From Armatimonadota bacterium (lineage in GTDB: Bacteria > Armatimonadota > HRBIN16): a stretch of 64,000 bases of DNA. The notes beneath the pieces are model-generated. The model did no database searches. It was given only the letters and a program-made list of their open reading frames with translations, and was not told where the DNA came from. Made by a program: the position numbers and the translations under genes. Positions 28,564 to 38,691 of this stretch are shown here, piece by piece. Every line of letters starts with the position of its first letter. The stretch's first letter is position 1. The stretch spans positions 2,571,288 through 2,635,287 of the forward strand of contig OY781964.1 of NCBI GenBank assembly GCA_963677485.1, written 5' to 3'.

Positions 28564-30582
28564 ATGTTTGCTGTTGTCACGCCTTTTGCACTTGGCATAA
28601 TCGCTGCATTCGTCATGATCTGCATCATCTGGTCATCACGGCATACCCGTACGGGCCGGTATTTTATCAAATTTGCTCTGATCATGATGTGGTGGAGCAC
28701 ATTCTACGTGCTTGAGTTATTCAGCACCACGAAAAACACGGCTCTGTTCTTCGCCAATATCCAATTTCTGAGTATTCCATTTTTACCCGGATACTGGTTT
28801 CTGCTGGTAAGGTCTCATCTGGGCATGGCCACTATGACTCGTCCAGCCAAAACATTGCTGTTTTTACCTGGTATCATCACGTTGGTTTTCGCCGTTACGG
28901 ATCCCTGGTTGGGACTCCTGCGTCATAACCCTCAATTTTTACAAGCGCCCGGCGGATCCTGGGTGGTTGATGCCCACTATAATCTGTGGCATAACGCTGT
29001 GTTTCTGCCATACCTCTATATCACGATAGCCGTCAGCAGCAGCATCCTGCTCTTGCGCGTAAAATCAATGCCCTCGTATTACCGGTTACCCACCATCGTG
29101 CTTGCTCTTGTGCCTGTGCCGGTTTGTGTGGCTGGGGTGATATACCACATGGGATATAGTCCAATTCCCCATGTGAACTATGCGGTTGCGGTATTTAGTG
29201 TGATGTCAATCCCCGTCTGCTGGGGTATCTACCGCAAAAAGTGGTTGAATCTGGCACCACAAGCACGGGACCTACTCATTTCCTCGATGCAGGACGGTGT
29301 GGTGGTGGTTGACCGAGACCACATGGTCATAGATTATAACCACGCCGCCGAGACGCTTCTTGAGTTGAATCTGGAGCACAATATCGGCCGCGCCATCAGC
29401 ACTTTGATCCCTTATGTTGACCACACCGAACAGATATTTCAAATCGGTGGCCGTTCCCTGCAATATACGCACCATGTGATACATGATCGCACAGGCGAGG
29501 GTCTGGGCTGGATTTACGTATTCAGCGACATCAGTGCCGAGATACGTCTGCGGAGGCTGTTGCAGGTGGCGGTTCAGATGCTGCCTAACCCTACAGTTGT
29601 GGTTCAAGATGGCCAGGTGGTGCAGCACAGCCTAACCATGGAGAGCTGCTTTGGCTACCAACTATCTGAATTTACAGATTTCCATACCTGGGCCAAAAAG
29701 GCGATGCCTGAATGGTCGTTTGACCCTGCCACCTCGCCCAATGCGGCGGCCACGGAGTATGTGATGCACTGCGCAAATGGCGTTCAGAAGCATGTGCAGG
29801 TCGCCAGCGCTGACTTGGGTGAAATGGTCACCTGGACATTGACCGACATCACCGATCGGTACCAAATGGAGCAGAAGCTTCAGCAGGCACTTCATGAGCT
29901 GGAACATACGAACCAGGAGCTGCAGAGTTTTGCTTACGTCATCTCCCACGACTTGAAAGCACCGCTGAGGGCGATCAGCAACATCAGCCAATGGATGCAG
30001 GAAGACTACTCCGAACAGCTGGATGACGCCGGTAAAGAGCAGCTTGCCTTGCTGGCGGACAGGTCAATCCGGCTGAGCACGATGGTGGACGGTGTGCTGC
30101 GTTATTCGCGCATGAACAGCCGCGACTATGTCATGGACCTAGTTAACTCTGATGCGATGGTGCGGACGATTATTGATTCGTTAAGCATACCCGAAGGACT
30201 GCAAATCATCGCCAACCCATTACCAAACTTATATGGCGATGCGGTGAGGTTGGAGCAGGTGTTTCAAAACCTGCTGAGTAACGCGGTGAGGTTCATTGAT
30301 CGGACTGATGGAGTGATCGAAATCCTGTATATGGGCGAAGAAGCCTGCTTCAGTGTGCGAAACAACGGCCCGAGCATCCCCGTCAGGGACCGCGAGCGTA
30401 TATTTACGCTGTTTACCACCGGATCCAACCGCAAAGAAGACAGCACCGGGGTGGGGCTGGCTCTGGTTAAACGTGTGGTGGAGATGTATGGCGGGCATAT
30501 CTGGCTGGAAGACCCAGGGCATGAGGGCTGTGAGTTCCGCTTCACCCTGCCGAAGTGCATGGAGCGTCCAGAAGCCGTCTAG
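28564..30582 (+). CDS. multi-sensor histidine kinase (N-terminal 7TM-like domain, PAS repeats, HisKA, HATPase_c)
   Basis: Strong RBS GGAGG. About 230 aa of multiple TM helices, then PAS-like repeats. The HisKA H-box is FAYVISHDLKAPLRAI. The HATPase has an N-box LLSNAVRF and G-boxes DNGPSIP...GTGLGLALVKRVVEMYGG. No response regulator is adjacent. Confidence 0.8.
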   Translation: MFAVVTPFALGIIAAFVMICIIWSSRHTRTGRYFIKFALIMMWWSTFYVLELFSTTKNTALFFANIQFLSIPFLPGYWFLLVRSHLGMATMTRPAKTLLFLPGIITLVFAVTDPWLGLLRHNPQFLQAPGGSWVVDAHYNLWHNAVFLPYLYITIAVSSSILLLRVKSMPSYYRLPTIVLALVPVPVCVAGVIYHMGYSPIPHVNYAVAVFSVMSIPVCWGIYRKKWLNLAPQARDLLISSMQDGVVVVDRDHMVIDYNHAAETLLELNLEHNIGRAISTLIPYVDHTEQIFQIGGRSLQYTHHVIHDRTGEGLGWIYVFSDISAEIRLRRLLQVAVQMLPNPTVVVQDGQVVQHSLTMESCFGYQLSEFTDFHTWAKKAMPEWSFDPATSPNAAATEYVMHCANGVQKHVQVASADLGEMVTWTLTDITDRYQMEQKLQQALHELEHTNQELQSFAYVISHDLKAPLRAISNISQWMQEDYSEQLDDAGKEQLALLADRSIRLSTMVDGVLRYSRMNSRDYVMDLVNSDAMVRTIIDSLSIPEGLQIIANPLPNLYGDAVRLEQVFQNLLSNAVRFIDRTDGVIEILYMGEEACFSVRNNGPSIPVRDRERIFTLFTTGSNRKEDSTGVGLALVKRVVEMYGGHIWLEDPGHEGCEFRFTLPKCMERPEAV

Positions 30583-30645
30583 CGCAACCGCGAGGGGAGG
30601 GTTTGTGTCACGCGGAGACGCGGAGGGCGCGGAGGGGGAAGGTTC

Positions 30646-30792
30646 ATCCACAGATTACGCAGATTTCGCAGATGAGGTTCTGAATGACCGCATCGGAAGG
30701 CATCTGCATAGAAAGCGCAAGTGTGACGATAAACCTCGCAGTTCATTCGCTTTCGCACGAATTAATCTGCGCAATCTGTGTAATCTGTGGAT
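30646..30792. repeat. MITE-like element, family A (short copy)
   Basis: Ends atccacagattacgcagatttcgcagat and atctgcgcaatctgtgtaatctgtggat are inverted repeats. Confidence 0.55.
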
Positions 30793-30917
30793 GATTCCCT
30801 CCGATGAAGCCAACATAAGAACCAATAGGACATGTCAGACGAGTAGGACGAGGTGGAGTTATTGCCACAATAACGTAATTATTCCGTCTCCTATCTCCTC
30901 GCTATCTCCTCCCCAAG

Positions 30918-33526
30918 CTACTCCATCCACTGCCGAAGCTGCTGGTCGTCGACCTCCAGCTCGCCGCGCAGCCAGGCGGTGATCCGCTCCAGCTCGCGGT
31001 CGGCCTGAGGCAGGCGGGTAGCCCCAGCCTCGGGCTCAGGGTAGTGCCGGTATTCCATGCCGTGCTCGAGGCCAGGCTGGCAGGAGTTCGGCACCGGGAT
31101 GCCCGCCGCCTTCAGAAGCACCTCCAGCCAGGTGCCCTTGCAGTCGGGGAAGCCCAGCATCACCAACTGGTGAATCGGGCGGGTGCAGGCCACGTACCAC
31201 AGCCGCAGCTCCTCCTCCCAGCTCCGCTGCCGTTCCCACTGCACGCACGCCTGCGTGAGGCAGCTTTCGCCCACCAGGTCATGCGCCAGCAGGTGCAGCG
31301 ATGGCACGCAGCGCAGGGGGATGGTGCCCGGGTTGCGGGTGACCTTCCGCGTGATATCTGCCAGATAGACCACCGGAAACTCAAGACCCTTGGCACCGTG
31401 CACGGTGAAGATGCGCACCACATCGGCCTGCTCCTCAAGCAGCGGAGCCTCCCCCTCGCGCATCGCCAACTGCACCAGATCATCCGCATGGTCGCAAAAC
31501 TCCAGCAGCGTGCCGGTGTGCTCCAGCGTGATCTCAATCAGCTTGCGCACGTTCAACCAGCGTTGCTTGCCATCGGGTCGGCAGATCAGCTTGAGTTGAA
31601 GTTGCGTGGCATGGGCTAATTCCTCCAGGCATTGAGCGGCGGTCAGACGCTCACCGCGCTTTTGAAGCTGGCGTACGGTGCTCACGAACGGCTCCGCCAG
31701 TGCCTTCTGCGGGTGGGGTTCTGAGCGGTTCAGCCAGTTGGTCAGCCGAATCCAGAACGGGTTCTTGGCTGGGTTAGCTCCGCCGTCGCGGGCGATCAGC
31801 TCCAGCGTATCGCTGTCCAGACCGACCAGCGGCGATCGCAGCACGCTGGCCAGTGCGATGTCCTCCCACGGAGTTGCGACCACCACGGCCGCGTTGAGCA
31901 TATCCCGCACCTCCGCCCGATGGTAGTAGTGCCTTCGGGCCGTGTTGTAGAACGGAATGCCCAACTCAGTAAGCCCATGCTCCAGATCGGCCACATTGCT
32001 GGTCTGGCGAAGTAGTATCGCGAAGTCGCCGTATTTCCGACCATGCTCCTTGCGCTGATGCAGGATGTCGTGTCCAATCGCCCGCGCAGCGGCTCGCGCG
32101 TACTGAGCCTGCGAAGGCTGCGGATCGACCATCAGCAGCGCGGTGCAGGCGCTGCGGCTGGGCTCGAACTGTTGACCGGCACTCAGTGCCATGAAGCCAG
32201 ACTGCCACATCGGCTCGAACGCCTTCTGCACAAATAGTAGCACGCCTTCGCGGCTGCGGTAGTTGGCCGTGAGCTGCACCACGGCACCCTCTCCATCGCG
32301 GCCGCCGTTTTGCGTCAGCCCAGATAATAGCGAGGGCTCCGCATGCCGGAAGCCATATATGCTCTGCTGCACATCACCTACCGTGAACAGCCGGCCAGGC
32401 GCGGCTACCAGCTCCAGCAGACGCATCTGCAGCGGGTTGGCGTCTTGAAATTCGTCCACCATCACGCATTTGAAGTGCTTCTGGTAGCGCTGCTGCACCC
32501 CGGGATGCTGGCCCAGCAAGTCGATGCAGCGCTGCAGCCCATCGGTGAAGTCCTGCGCAGATCTTTTCTGCTTGATTTCCTGGAAGTTATGCCAGCAGCT
32601 TTCGATGATCTGCAGGATGCCCGGGTTGAGTGCCATCGCCTGCTGGTTGGTCTCGCTGCCGACACCGCTGAGTATCCGCTGCCAGGCCCGGCACCGATCT
32701 TGTGCCTGCACAGCCACCGGATGCTGCAGGCTTCCGCGCGTTTGGTACGCCAGCAGCTTGCACAGCTCCTCAATCTCCACTCCGGATCCGTCGCTGCAGC
32801 GGTCCACAATCTGCTGCCAGAAAGGCTTGACGGGGTTGCTTCCGACCAGCGGAATGGCCGATGGCAGTATCCCCATCAGGCTGGTGATGGCCGCCTGGGA
32901 TAGCTGCTGCTTCCACAACTCCGGCTGCGACTGCATCTGCTCGCGCCATTGCTGTAACTGTGGCAGGTCGAAACCGTATATGCGCAGGTTGTTGAGTATC
33001 TGAAACAATGCCTTGCGGATGGCTTGAAGGGGGTCGCGCAGATTGGAGTCGTAGTCGACCCGGCCGTAAGCTAGCTTCAGCACGCTGCGCGCCGGTTCGA
33101 TGTGGTCAATCACCAGCTCATCCATGCTCTGAGTGAACGCGGTGGCAAATATCCGCTGCTCCTCCACCTCGGAAAGCTGGCTGGTGTCGGGGTCATAGCA
33201 GGCATCAAACGGGTTTTCCTGCAGCAGCCGCACGCAGAACGCGTCGATGGTGCTGATGTAGGCGCTATCCAGACGGCGCAGTTGCTCCGACTGGCCCTCT
33301 TCGTTCAGCCGACGGCGGATGCGGGCGCGCATTTCCCCCGCGGCTTTGCGCGTGTAGGTGATGGAGAGGATCTGCGTGACATCCGCCTCACCCTGCAGCA
33401 CCATTTGGATGAACCGCTCCACCAGCACCGTGGTCTTGCTGAGCCGGCGCCCGCGCTCACGATGATGTCGCGCTCGCGCAGTGATACCGCCTGCTGCTGG
33501 TGCTCTGTCAGCCTGATGTTCGCCAA
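30918..33526 (-). pseudogene. UvrD/PcrA-family DNA helicase, interrupted by a 1-nt frameshift inside the Walker A motif
   Basis: The upstream ORF 33305-33526 encodes MANIRLTEHQQQAVSLRERDIIVSAGAGS, then the frame changes. The downstream ORF continues ...LVERFIQMVLQGEADV...ITYTRKAAGEMRARI. Restoring one G in ggctcag-caagaccacg reconstitutes AGAGSGKTTVLVERF. The C-terminal YVACTRP matches UvrD motif VI. Confidence 0.75.
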
Positions 33527-33613
33527 AAATGCTCTTTTCCCCTGGGTGATCGGTGCTCTACAGGGCTATTATGCCACGAGCGGTGCTTGTGCTGCCTTTT
33601 TGGTGGGTGCAAT

Positions 33614-34200
33614 AATCCACAGATGACACAGATTGCGCAGATTGGGTTGTGGTCTCACGCGAAGACGCGAAGGACTATACGGTCGACCTTCGCATCGGCG
33701 TCATCTGTGTCATCTGTGGATTGCCCTTCTCCTCGTGCCGATAGCCATCCGCCTTGGAGCAAGACCGGCGCGGTTAGGGAAAACCGCCCCGGACATAGGC
33801 AATTGAGCTATAGCGGTCGTCTCCCCTGCGCCGGAAGGGCTGAACCACGAATTCGGAATTGTCTCACGCGAAGACGCGAAGGATCATACGGTCAACCTTC
33901 GCATCTGCGCCATCTGTGGATTGTCTTTCCCCTCGTGCCGATGGCCATCCGCCTTGGAGCGAGACCGGCGCGGTTAGGGAAAACCGCCCCGGACATAGGC
34001 AATTGAGTTATAGCGGTCGCCTCCCCTGCGCCGGTCGGGCTGAACCACGAATGAACACGAATTCGGAATTGACTCACGCGAAGACGCGAAGAGTGTACGG
34101 TCAACCTTCATATCTGCGTAATCTGCGTAATCTGTGGATTGTCCTTCCCTTCTGCCTTCGCGTCTTCGCGTGAGACTTGACCGGCGGTGTCGTCTTCCGC
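33614..34200. repeat. composite tandem repeat, about 210-bp unit and about 2.6 copies, built from family-A and family-B MITE fragments
   Basis: Units begin tcacgcgaagacgcgaagg at 33655, 33867 and 34073. Each contains ccttcgcatc...catctgtggattg and gaccggcgcggttagggaaaaccgccccggacataggc. The array ends with the inverted copy ccttcgcgtcttcgcgtga at about 34165. Confidence 0.6.
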
Positions 34201-34272
34201 CCTGTCAAGCCATCTTACGGTAATATCTAGATATCACACGCGAATTGCTCCAGCCACTGAGGATACCAAGAC

Positions 34273-36168
34273 ATGCAGAGCCTACCGCCAGAGGAGTTGC
34301 CAGAGATGAAGAAGCCGCAACAGATTGCCCCCAGTATCTATATGTATACCGACTCCTGCAACTGCTACGCGCTGGTGTCTGGTGATAGCGCGCTGCTGAT
34401 CGACCCTGGTGAGGGCGGCATCATCGACCACCTGAAGACGCTGGGCGTGAAGAGGGTGGACTGGGTGCTGCATACGCACGCGCACCGAGAGCTGGCCGGG
34501 GCCGACGAACAGCTGATCCGAATGGGCGCGAAGGTCGCCGTGCCGGAACGTTCGCGCGCGTTTTTCGAGCAAGCCGAGGAGCTGTGGCAAAAGCGGCACA
34601 CCTACTTCACATTCGCCTACGCCGAGAAATATGCCTTGCCCCTGCGCAACATCGCGGTGAGTGCGGAGCTGAGCGGCGGCGGACGGTTCCTCTGGAACGA
34701 GTATGAGCTTCGAATCCTCAGCACACCCGGCCACAGCGAGTTTGGCGTGAGCCTGATTCTGAATCAAGGCAGCCAGCGAATCGGCTTCACCGGAGACCTC
34801 ATGGCCGCTCCGGGTAAGATATGGGAGTTTGACAGCCTGCAGACCGGCTATGAGGAGTTCATACAGGGTCCCGAGCTGGTGCGCGTGCCGGAGCTGCAAG
34901 CGAGTCTGAAGGCGCTGGCGAAGCAGGAGCTCATGTTGATGCTTCCTGCGCATGGGGAGCCGATGAAGAGTCCAAACAGTGGGATGATGCGGCTAGACAG
35001 GCAGCTCACCCGGCTGGTCGAGAACGCCAAAGAGACAAGGTATTTCGACGGTGGTTTTGATCCTGTGCCGGAGGTGATCGCCATTGGCACCTGCGCCATC
35101 CAGTATTTCATCCCAGACGGTCAAGGCAACTGCGTGATGATCGACGCCGGCTTCTACGACTGGGACGGCGGGCGCATCAACCTGTTCGAGAAGATGAAAG
35201 AGTACCCTGAGATCAAGAACATCGAGATCGTGATCCCCACGCACATCCACTCCGACCATGTGGCACTCTGCCGCGCCATGCGTCACCGCTACGGCGCGAA
35301 GCTCTACGCACATGAGTGTCAGGCGGACATACTGGCGCGGCCCGAGCGGTATTTCGTGCCGTGCCTATGCAATCAGCCCATCACCGTGGACCGCGTGTTC
35401 AAGGAGGGTGAGAGCTTCACCTGGAGCGGTATGAAATTCAGCATGTACCACTTCCCCGGGCACACCTACTGGCATCAGCTCACCGTGCTGGAGGTGAACG
35501 GCAAGAAGATCGCCTTCACCGGCGATGCGATTGACGATTTCGACCATGTGCGCAGCATCGACACCTTCAACTACAACCCCATCGGCGAGCATGTGGGCGC
35601 CAACCGCTGCGTGGACCTGCTGGAGCAGATCAACCCCGACTACCTCTGCACAGGCCACTGGAGCATCCACAAGTGGAAGCCCGAGTATGTGAAGGGGATG
35701 CGCGACTGGGTGAGCCGTCACAACCGGCTGATCACCCAGATGAGCGCGCAGGCCGACCCAAACCTGAGCTACCATATCCGCTGGGCCGACCTGCTGCCCT
35801 TCCGGAGCGTGCTGCAGCCAGGCGAAAAGAGGAAGTTGAACGTGAAGCTGCTGAACCACCTGCCCACAGTGGGTCAGTTTGAGGTCAAGCTGGAGCTGCC
35901 CGAAGGCTGGAGCGCGAAACCGGCCGTTGCCCACCTCAGCCTCCCCGCCAAGGGCAGTGCTGAGCTTCCGTTTGAGGTCACCGCCCCACGGCAGGCCAAG
36001 CCCATGCGCTACATGGCCGGGGTGAACGTGGTGCTGAACGGTCAGGCTTACGGTGCCATGGGACTGGGCTGCCTGGACATCGGCGAGGACTGGAGTATCG
36101 AGAACCGCGACCCCAACCAGGTGCCCGGTGTCAGCCAGCCGGACTACGGTTTTCAGGCCAGCAGCTAG
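34273..36168 (+). CDS. tandem metallo-beta-lactamase-fold hydrolase (two MBL domains plus a C-terminal beta-sandwich)
   Basis: First domain has LHTHAHRE, a degenerate HxHxDH. Second domain has VIPTHIHSDHV, a canonical HxHxDH. 631 aa. Confidence 0.65.
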   Translation: MQSLPPEELPEMKKPQQIAPSIYMYTDSCNCYALVSGDSALLIDPGEGGIIDHLKTLGVKRVDWVLHTHAHRELAGADEQLIRMGAKVAVPERSRAFFEQAEELWQKRHTYFTFAYAEKYALPLRNIAVSAELSGGGRFLWNEYELRILSTPGHSEFGVSLILNQGSQRIGFTGDLMAAPGKIWEFDSLQTGYEEFIQGPELVRVPELQASLKALAKQELMLMLPAHGEPMKSPNSGMMRLDRQLTRLVENAKETRYFDGGFDPVPEVIAIGTCAIQYFIPDGQGNCVMIDAGFYDWDGGRINLFEKMKEYPEIKNIEIVIPTHIHSDHVALCRAMRHRYGAKLYAHECQADILARPERYFVPCLCNQPITVDRVFKEGESFTWSGMKFSMYHFPGHTYWHQLTVLEVNGKKIAFTGDAIDDFDHVRSIDTFNYNPIGEHVGANRCVDLLEQINPDYLCTGHWSIHKWKPEYVKGMRDWVSRHNRLITQMSAQADPNLSYHIRWADLLPFRSVLQPGEKRKLNVKLLNHLPTVGQFEVKLELPEGWSAKPAVAHLSLPAKGSAELPFEVTAPRQAKPMRYMAGVNVVLNGQAYGAMGLGCLDIGEDWSIENRDPNQVPGVSQPDYGFQASS

Positions 36169-36316
36169 CGTGTGGGATGGTGGGGGTAATTGGCCTACTC
36201 GTCGTAGCTGTCTTGTAGGGTATTTGCTACCCACCGGCGTAACCCGGCGGGCATTCCGGGTATCTAGTGGCTTACCATCTCCGGTATCATCACACCAAGC
36301 CATGTGCTATTGATAG

Positions 36317-36535
36317 TCCGGCACCCACGAAGTGGGTAAGATTCATTATAGCCAGGGGTGAGCGAAGCGATACCCCTGGTAAAGGTTGCACCTTCTTACC
36401 CCGAAGTGGGTCGAACCATGTCGGCACCACAGAAGGCCCACGTTCGTGGGTAAATGATGTTGGGCTGCCTTCCACGGGTTACGCTTTCGCTCACCCGTGG
36501 CTATAATGAATCGCACCCGCTTCGGGGTGCCCGGA
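36317..36535. repeat. structured repeat, family C copy 2 (long imperfect palindrome)
   Basis: ccggcacccacgaagtgggtaagattcattatagccaggggtgagcgaagcg ... cgctttcgctcacccgtggctataatgaatcgcacccgcttcggggtgcccgg. The arms are imperfect reverse complements of roughly 100 bp. It shares its core with 9014-9170. Confidence 0.5.
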
Positions 36536-36704
36536 CAGTGCAAAACACATTCAGCAGCCTGATTCTACCGCCACCCATTACATACCACGTGTTGTTATGC
36601 ACACTCCTTTCACTTCGCATTGCCCCCCTTGACATATCGCATGAAGGAATCGCTATCAAGGCTGTCGAAACAAATGCTATGATACCCATCACGAGACAAT
36701 TCCA

Positions 36705-37673
36705 ATGAACTGTATTCCAATCAATATCACGATGTTGGCATCCGTGTTGGTGGCATGTCTGCTGGTTCCAGCATTCATGCTCATGGCTGCGAGGCGGGTA
36801 GTAGCACGAACGTTAATGCCGGAAGACAAGCGGTACTACGCAGAGATATGGTGGATGTGCCTCTATTGCGCTCTGCCTAACTTGGCACTACTATATGGAT
36901 TGATTGCTTTTGCCTTCTCCATCACGGTCAACACGTTCAACATGCTGCAGTCACAGTTACTGTTGGACCTACCGGCCATCGTATGGTTTGTTCTATGCTA
37001 TCGAAAAATGGCTAATCTGCGAGCCAGCCTTGTTCCTGACACAGAATACAAACAATATGCTCCCAAATGCGCAGCACTCAAGTTTCGTGGATATGCTTCT
37101 GTATTGCTGTTAATGCCGTTTGTCATGGCAGTATCTGCAGTTATGATCGGATCGAATGATGATTTTACATTCTCTGTGCTGGTGAGTTTCGGTTTGTCTT
37201 TGGCGTATATCATTCTTATGTATATCTTCGTGGTCCGTTACATCCCACCGTTATTCGACCGTATCATGCCTGCATCTGAAATGGAGATGTTGAAGAATAA
37301 ACTAGCAGAGGCCAACCGCCTACTCAACCAGAACCTGCCAGACGGTCATATCCCCGTTAAGCTGGAGATCATGAGGATGATGCATTTCAAAGACTCCTTC
37401 CAGAGTGTTAGTGTCGACATGATATCCGAAAAACGCGTTAGTGTCAGCCTCCTTGGCCTGAAGCGGCTTGATGAGAATGAGCTGTTGTTTCTGTCACTGA
37501 GCGGAGCTTTTCGAGGCATATCTATGAAAAGCCAGGTTCTAGCGGACCAGCGCGCTCTGGCCATCACCGCAGACCGCCCCGCGGCGATTTCGTCCTTGAA
37601 GAAGGAGCTAGCGACCGCCTTTAAAGAAGTGCGTCAACTGCAGAAGCGTATCAAGGCTTTGGAAGTGATATGA
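36705..37673 (+). CDS. membrane protein, paralog 1 of an M48/M56-like pseudo-peptidase family (no HEXXH)
   Basis: Multi-TM N-terminal half. The C-terminus has LDENELLFLSLSGAFRG, positionally like the dElEaVlAHElsH motif but without His or Glu, and ADQRALAITADRPAAISSLKKEL, like the HtpX/BlaR1 C-terminal E..AD...tGdp...AL.kL helix. Confidence 0.55.
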   Translation: MNCIPINITMLASVLVACLLVPAFMLMAARRVVARTLMPEDKRYYAEIWWMCLYCALPNLALLYGLIAFAFSITVNTFNMLQSQLLLDLPAIVWFVLCYRKMANLRASLVPDTEYKQYAPKCAALKFRGYASVLLLMPFVMAVSAVMIGSNDDFTFSVLVSFGLSLAYIILMYIFVVRYIPPLFDRIMPASEMEMLKNKLAEANRLLNQNLPDGHIPVKLEIMRMMHFKDSFQSVSVDMISEKRVSVSLLGLKRLDENELLFLSLSGAFRGISMKSQVLADQRALAITADRPAAISSLKKELATAFKEVRQLQKRIKALEVI

Positions 37674-37740
37674 AACAGCTGCCATTGGCAATCACGGCTG
37701 TCGAAACAAGAGCTATGATACCCATCACAGGACAAAACCT

Positions 37741-38691
37741 ATGAACTCAGAAATCTACACACTAGTGGGATGCCTGCTGTTACCGATCACGTTGGTGATC
37801 GCAGCCAAGCAGTCCTATATCAACGCCGTGTCCGATGAAGACAGACGGTATTTTACCGAAAACTGGCGAACGGGTATCAACAAGGTACTGCAATATGCGG
37901 TCATGCCTTACGGTATAACGTTGTTCTTGATAGACTTAGACCCCTCCAGGCATTCTATGGGCAGATTTGCCATTGCTCTAGCACTACTGGGGCTTGTGGT
38001 TCTCATAATCTGTTACCGCACAATGGCCAAGATGAAACACAGCCTGACGCCGGAAACAGAGTATAGCAAGTACGAACCTCGGGTGAAACTGATCAGCTCT
38101 GTGGTAATGGCGATTTACATTCTATCTACTCTTTCCGTAATGGCAATATGTATACATTTTGCCGACTCGATAGATGATCCCATACTCTTGATGCTGGCTG
38201 CGATCGGTATGCTTGTGGCGATCTGTGGTTCACTGGCTATCATCGTGGACCGCTACGCAATATGGTATCGGGACCGCATCTTACCAGCCTCTGAAATGGA
38301 GATGCTGAAGAGTAAGCTGGCCGAAGCCGATCATCTGCTTAACCAGCACCTGCCAGACGGTCATATCCCCGTTAAGCTGGAGCTCATGGAGTTCATGATG
38401 GGTTTCAAGGACTCTTTGCTGTGTGTCAGCGTCGATATGAAATCGGAAAAACGCGTTAGTGTCAGCCTTCTTGGCCTGAAGCGGCTTGATGAGAATGAGC
38501 TGCTGTTCCTGTCACTGAGCGAAGCCTTTAGAGGCGTCTCAAACAAAAGCCAGATAGCGGCTGACCAGCGCGCTCTGGCCATCACTGCTGACCGTCATGC
38601 GGCTATTTCGGCTCTGAAAAAGGAGCTGGCCACCGCATTCAAGGAGGTGCGTCAACTGCAGAAGCGCATCAAGGCGTTGGAGGTAATATGA
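37741..38691 (+). CDS. membrane protein, paralog 2 (C-terminal about 140 aa nearly identical to paralog 1)
   Basis: ILPASEMEMLKSKLAEADHLLNQHLPDGHIPVKLE...DENELLFLSLSEAFRG...ADQRALAITADRHAAISALKKELATAFKEVRQLQKRIKALEVI. It is preceded by the same roughly 45-bp upstream element as paralog 1. Confidence 0.55.
   Translation: MNSEIYTLVGCLLLPITLVIAAKQSYINAVSDEDRRYFTENWRTGINKVLQYAVMPYGITLFLIDLDPSRHSMGRFAIALALLGLVVLIICYRTMAKMKHSLTPETEYSKYEPRVKLISSVVMAIYILSTLSVMAICIHFADSIDDPILLMLAAIGMLVAICGSLAIIVDRYAIWYRDRILPASEMEMLKSKLAEADHLLNQHLPDGHIPVKLELMEFMMGFKDSLLCVSVDMKSEKRVSVSLLGLKRLDENELLFLSLSEAFRGVSNKSQIAADQRALAITADRHAAISALKKELATAFKEVRQLQKRIKALEVI

Noticed and set aside
33614-34200. Possible CRISPR array
   Set aside because: The period is about 210 bp, the units are near-identical throughout (no unique spacers), and they are composed of MITE fragments. 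No cas genes nearby.
35365-36303. 312-aa minus-strand ORF
   Set aside because: Antisense to the tandem-MBL gene, which has clear HxHxDH motifs. Low-complexity Ala/Gly/Val/His-rich translation.
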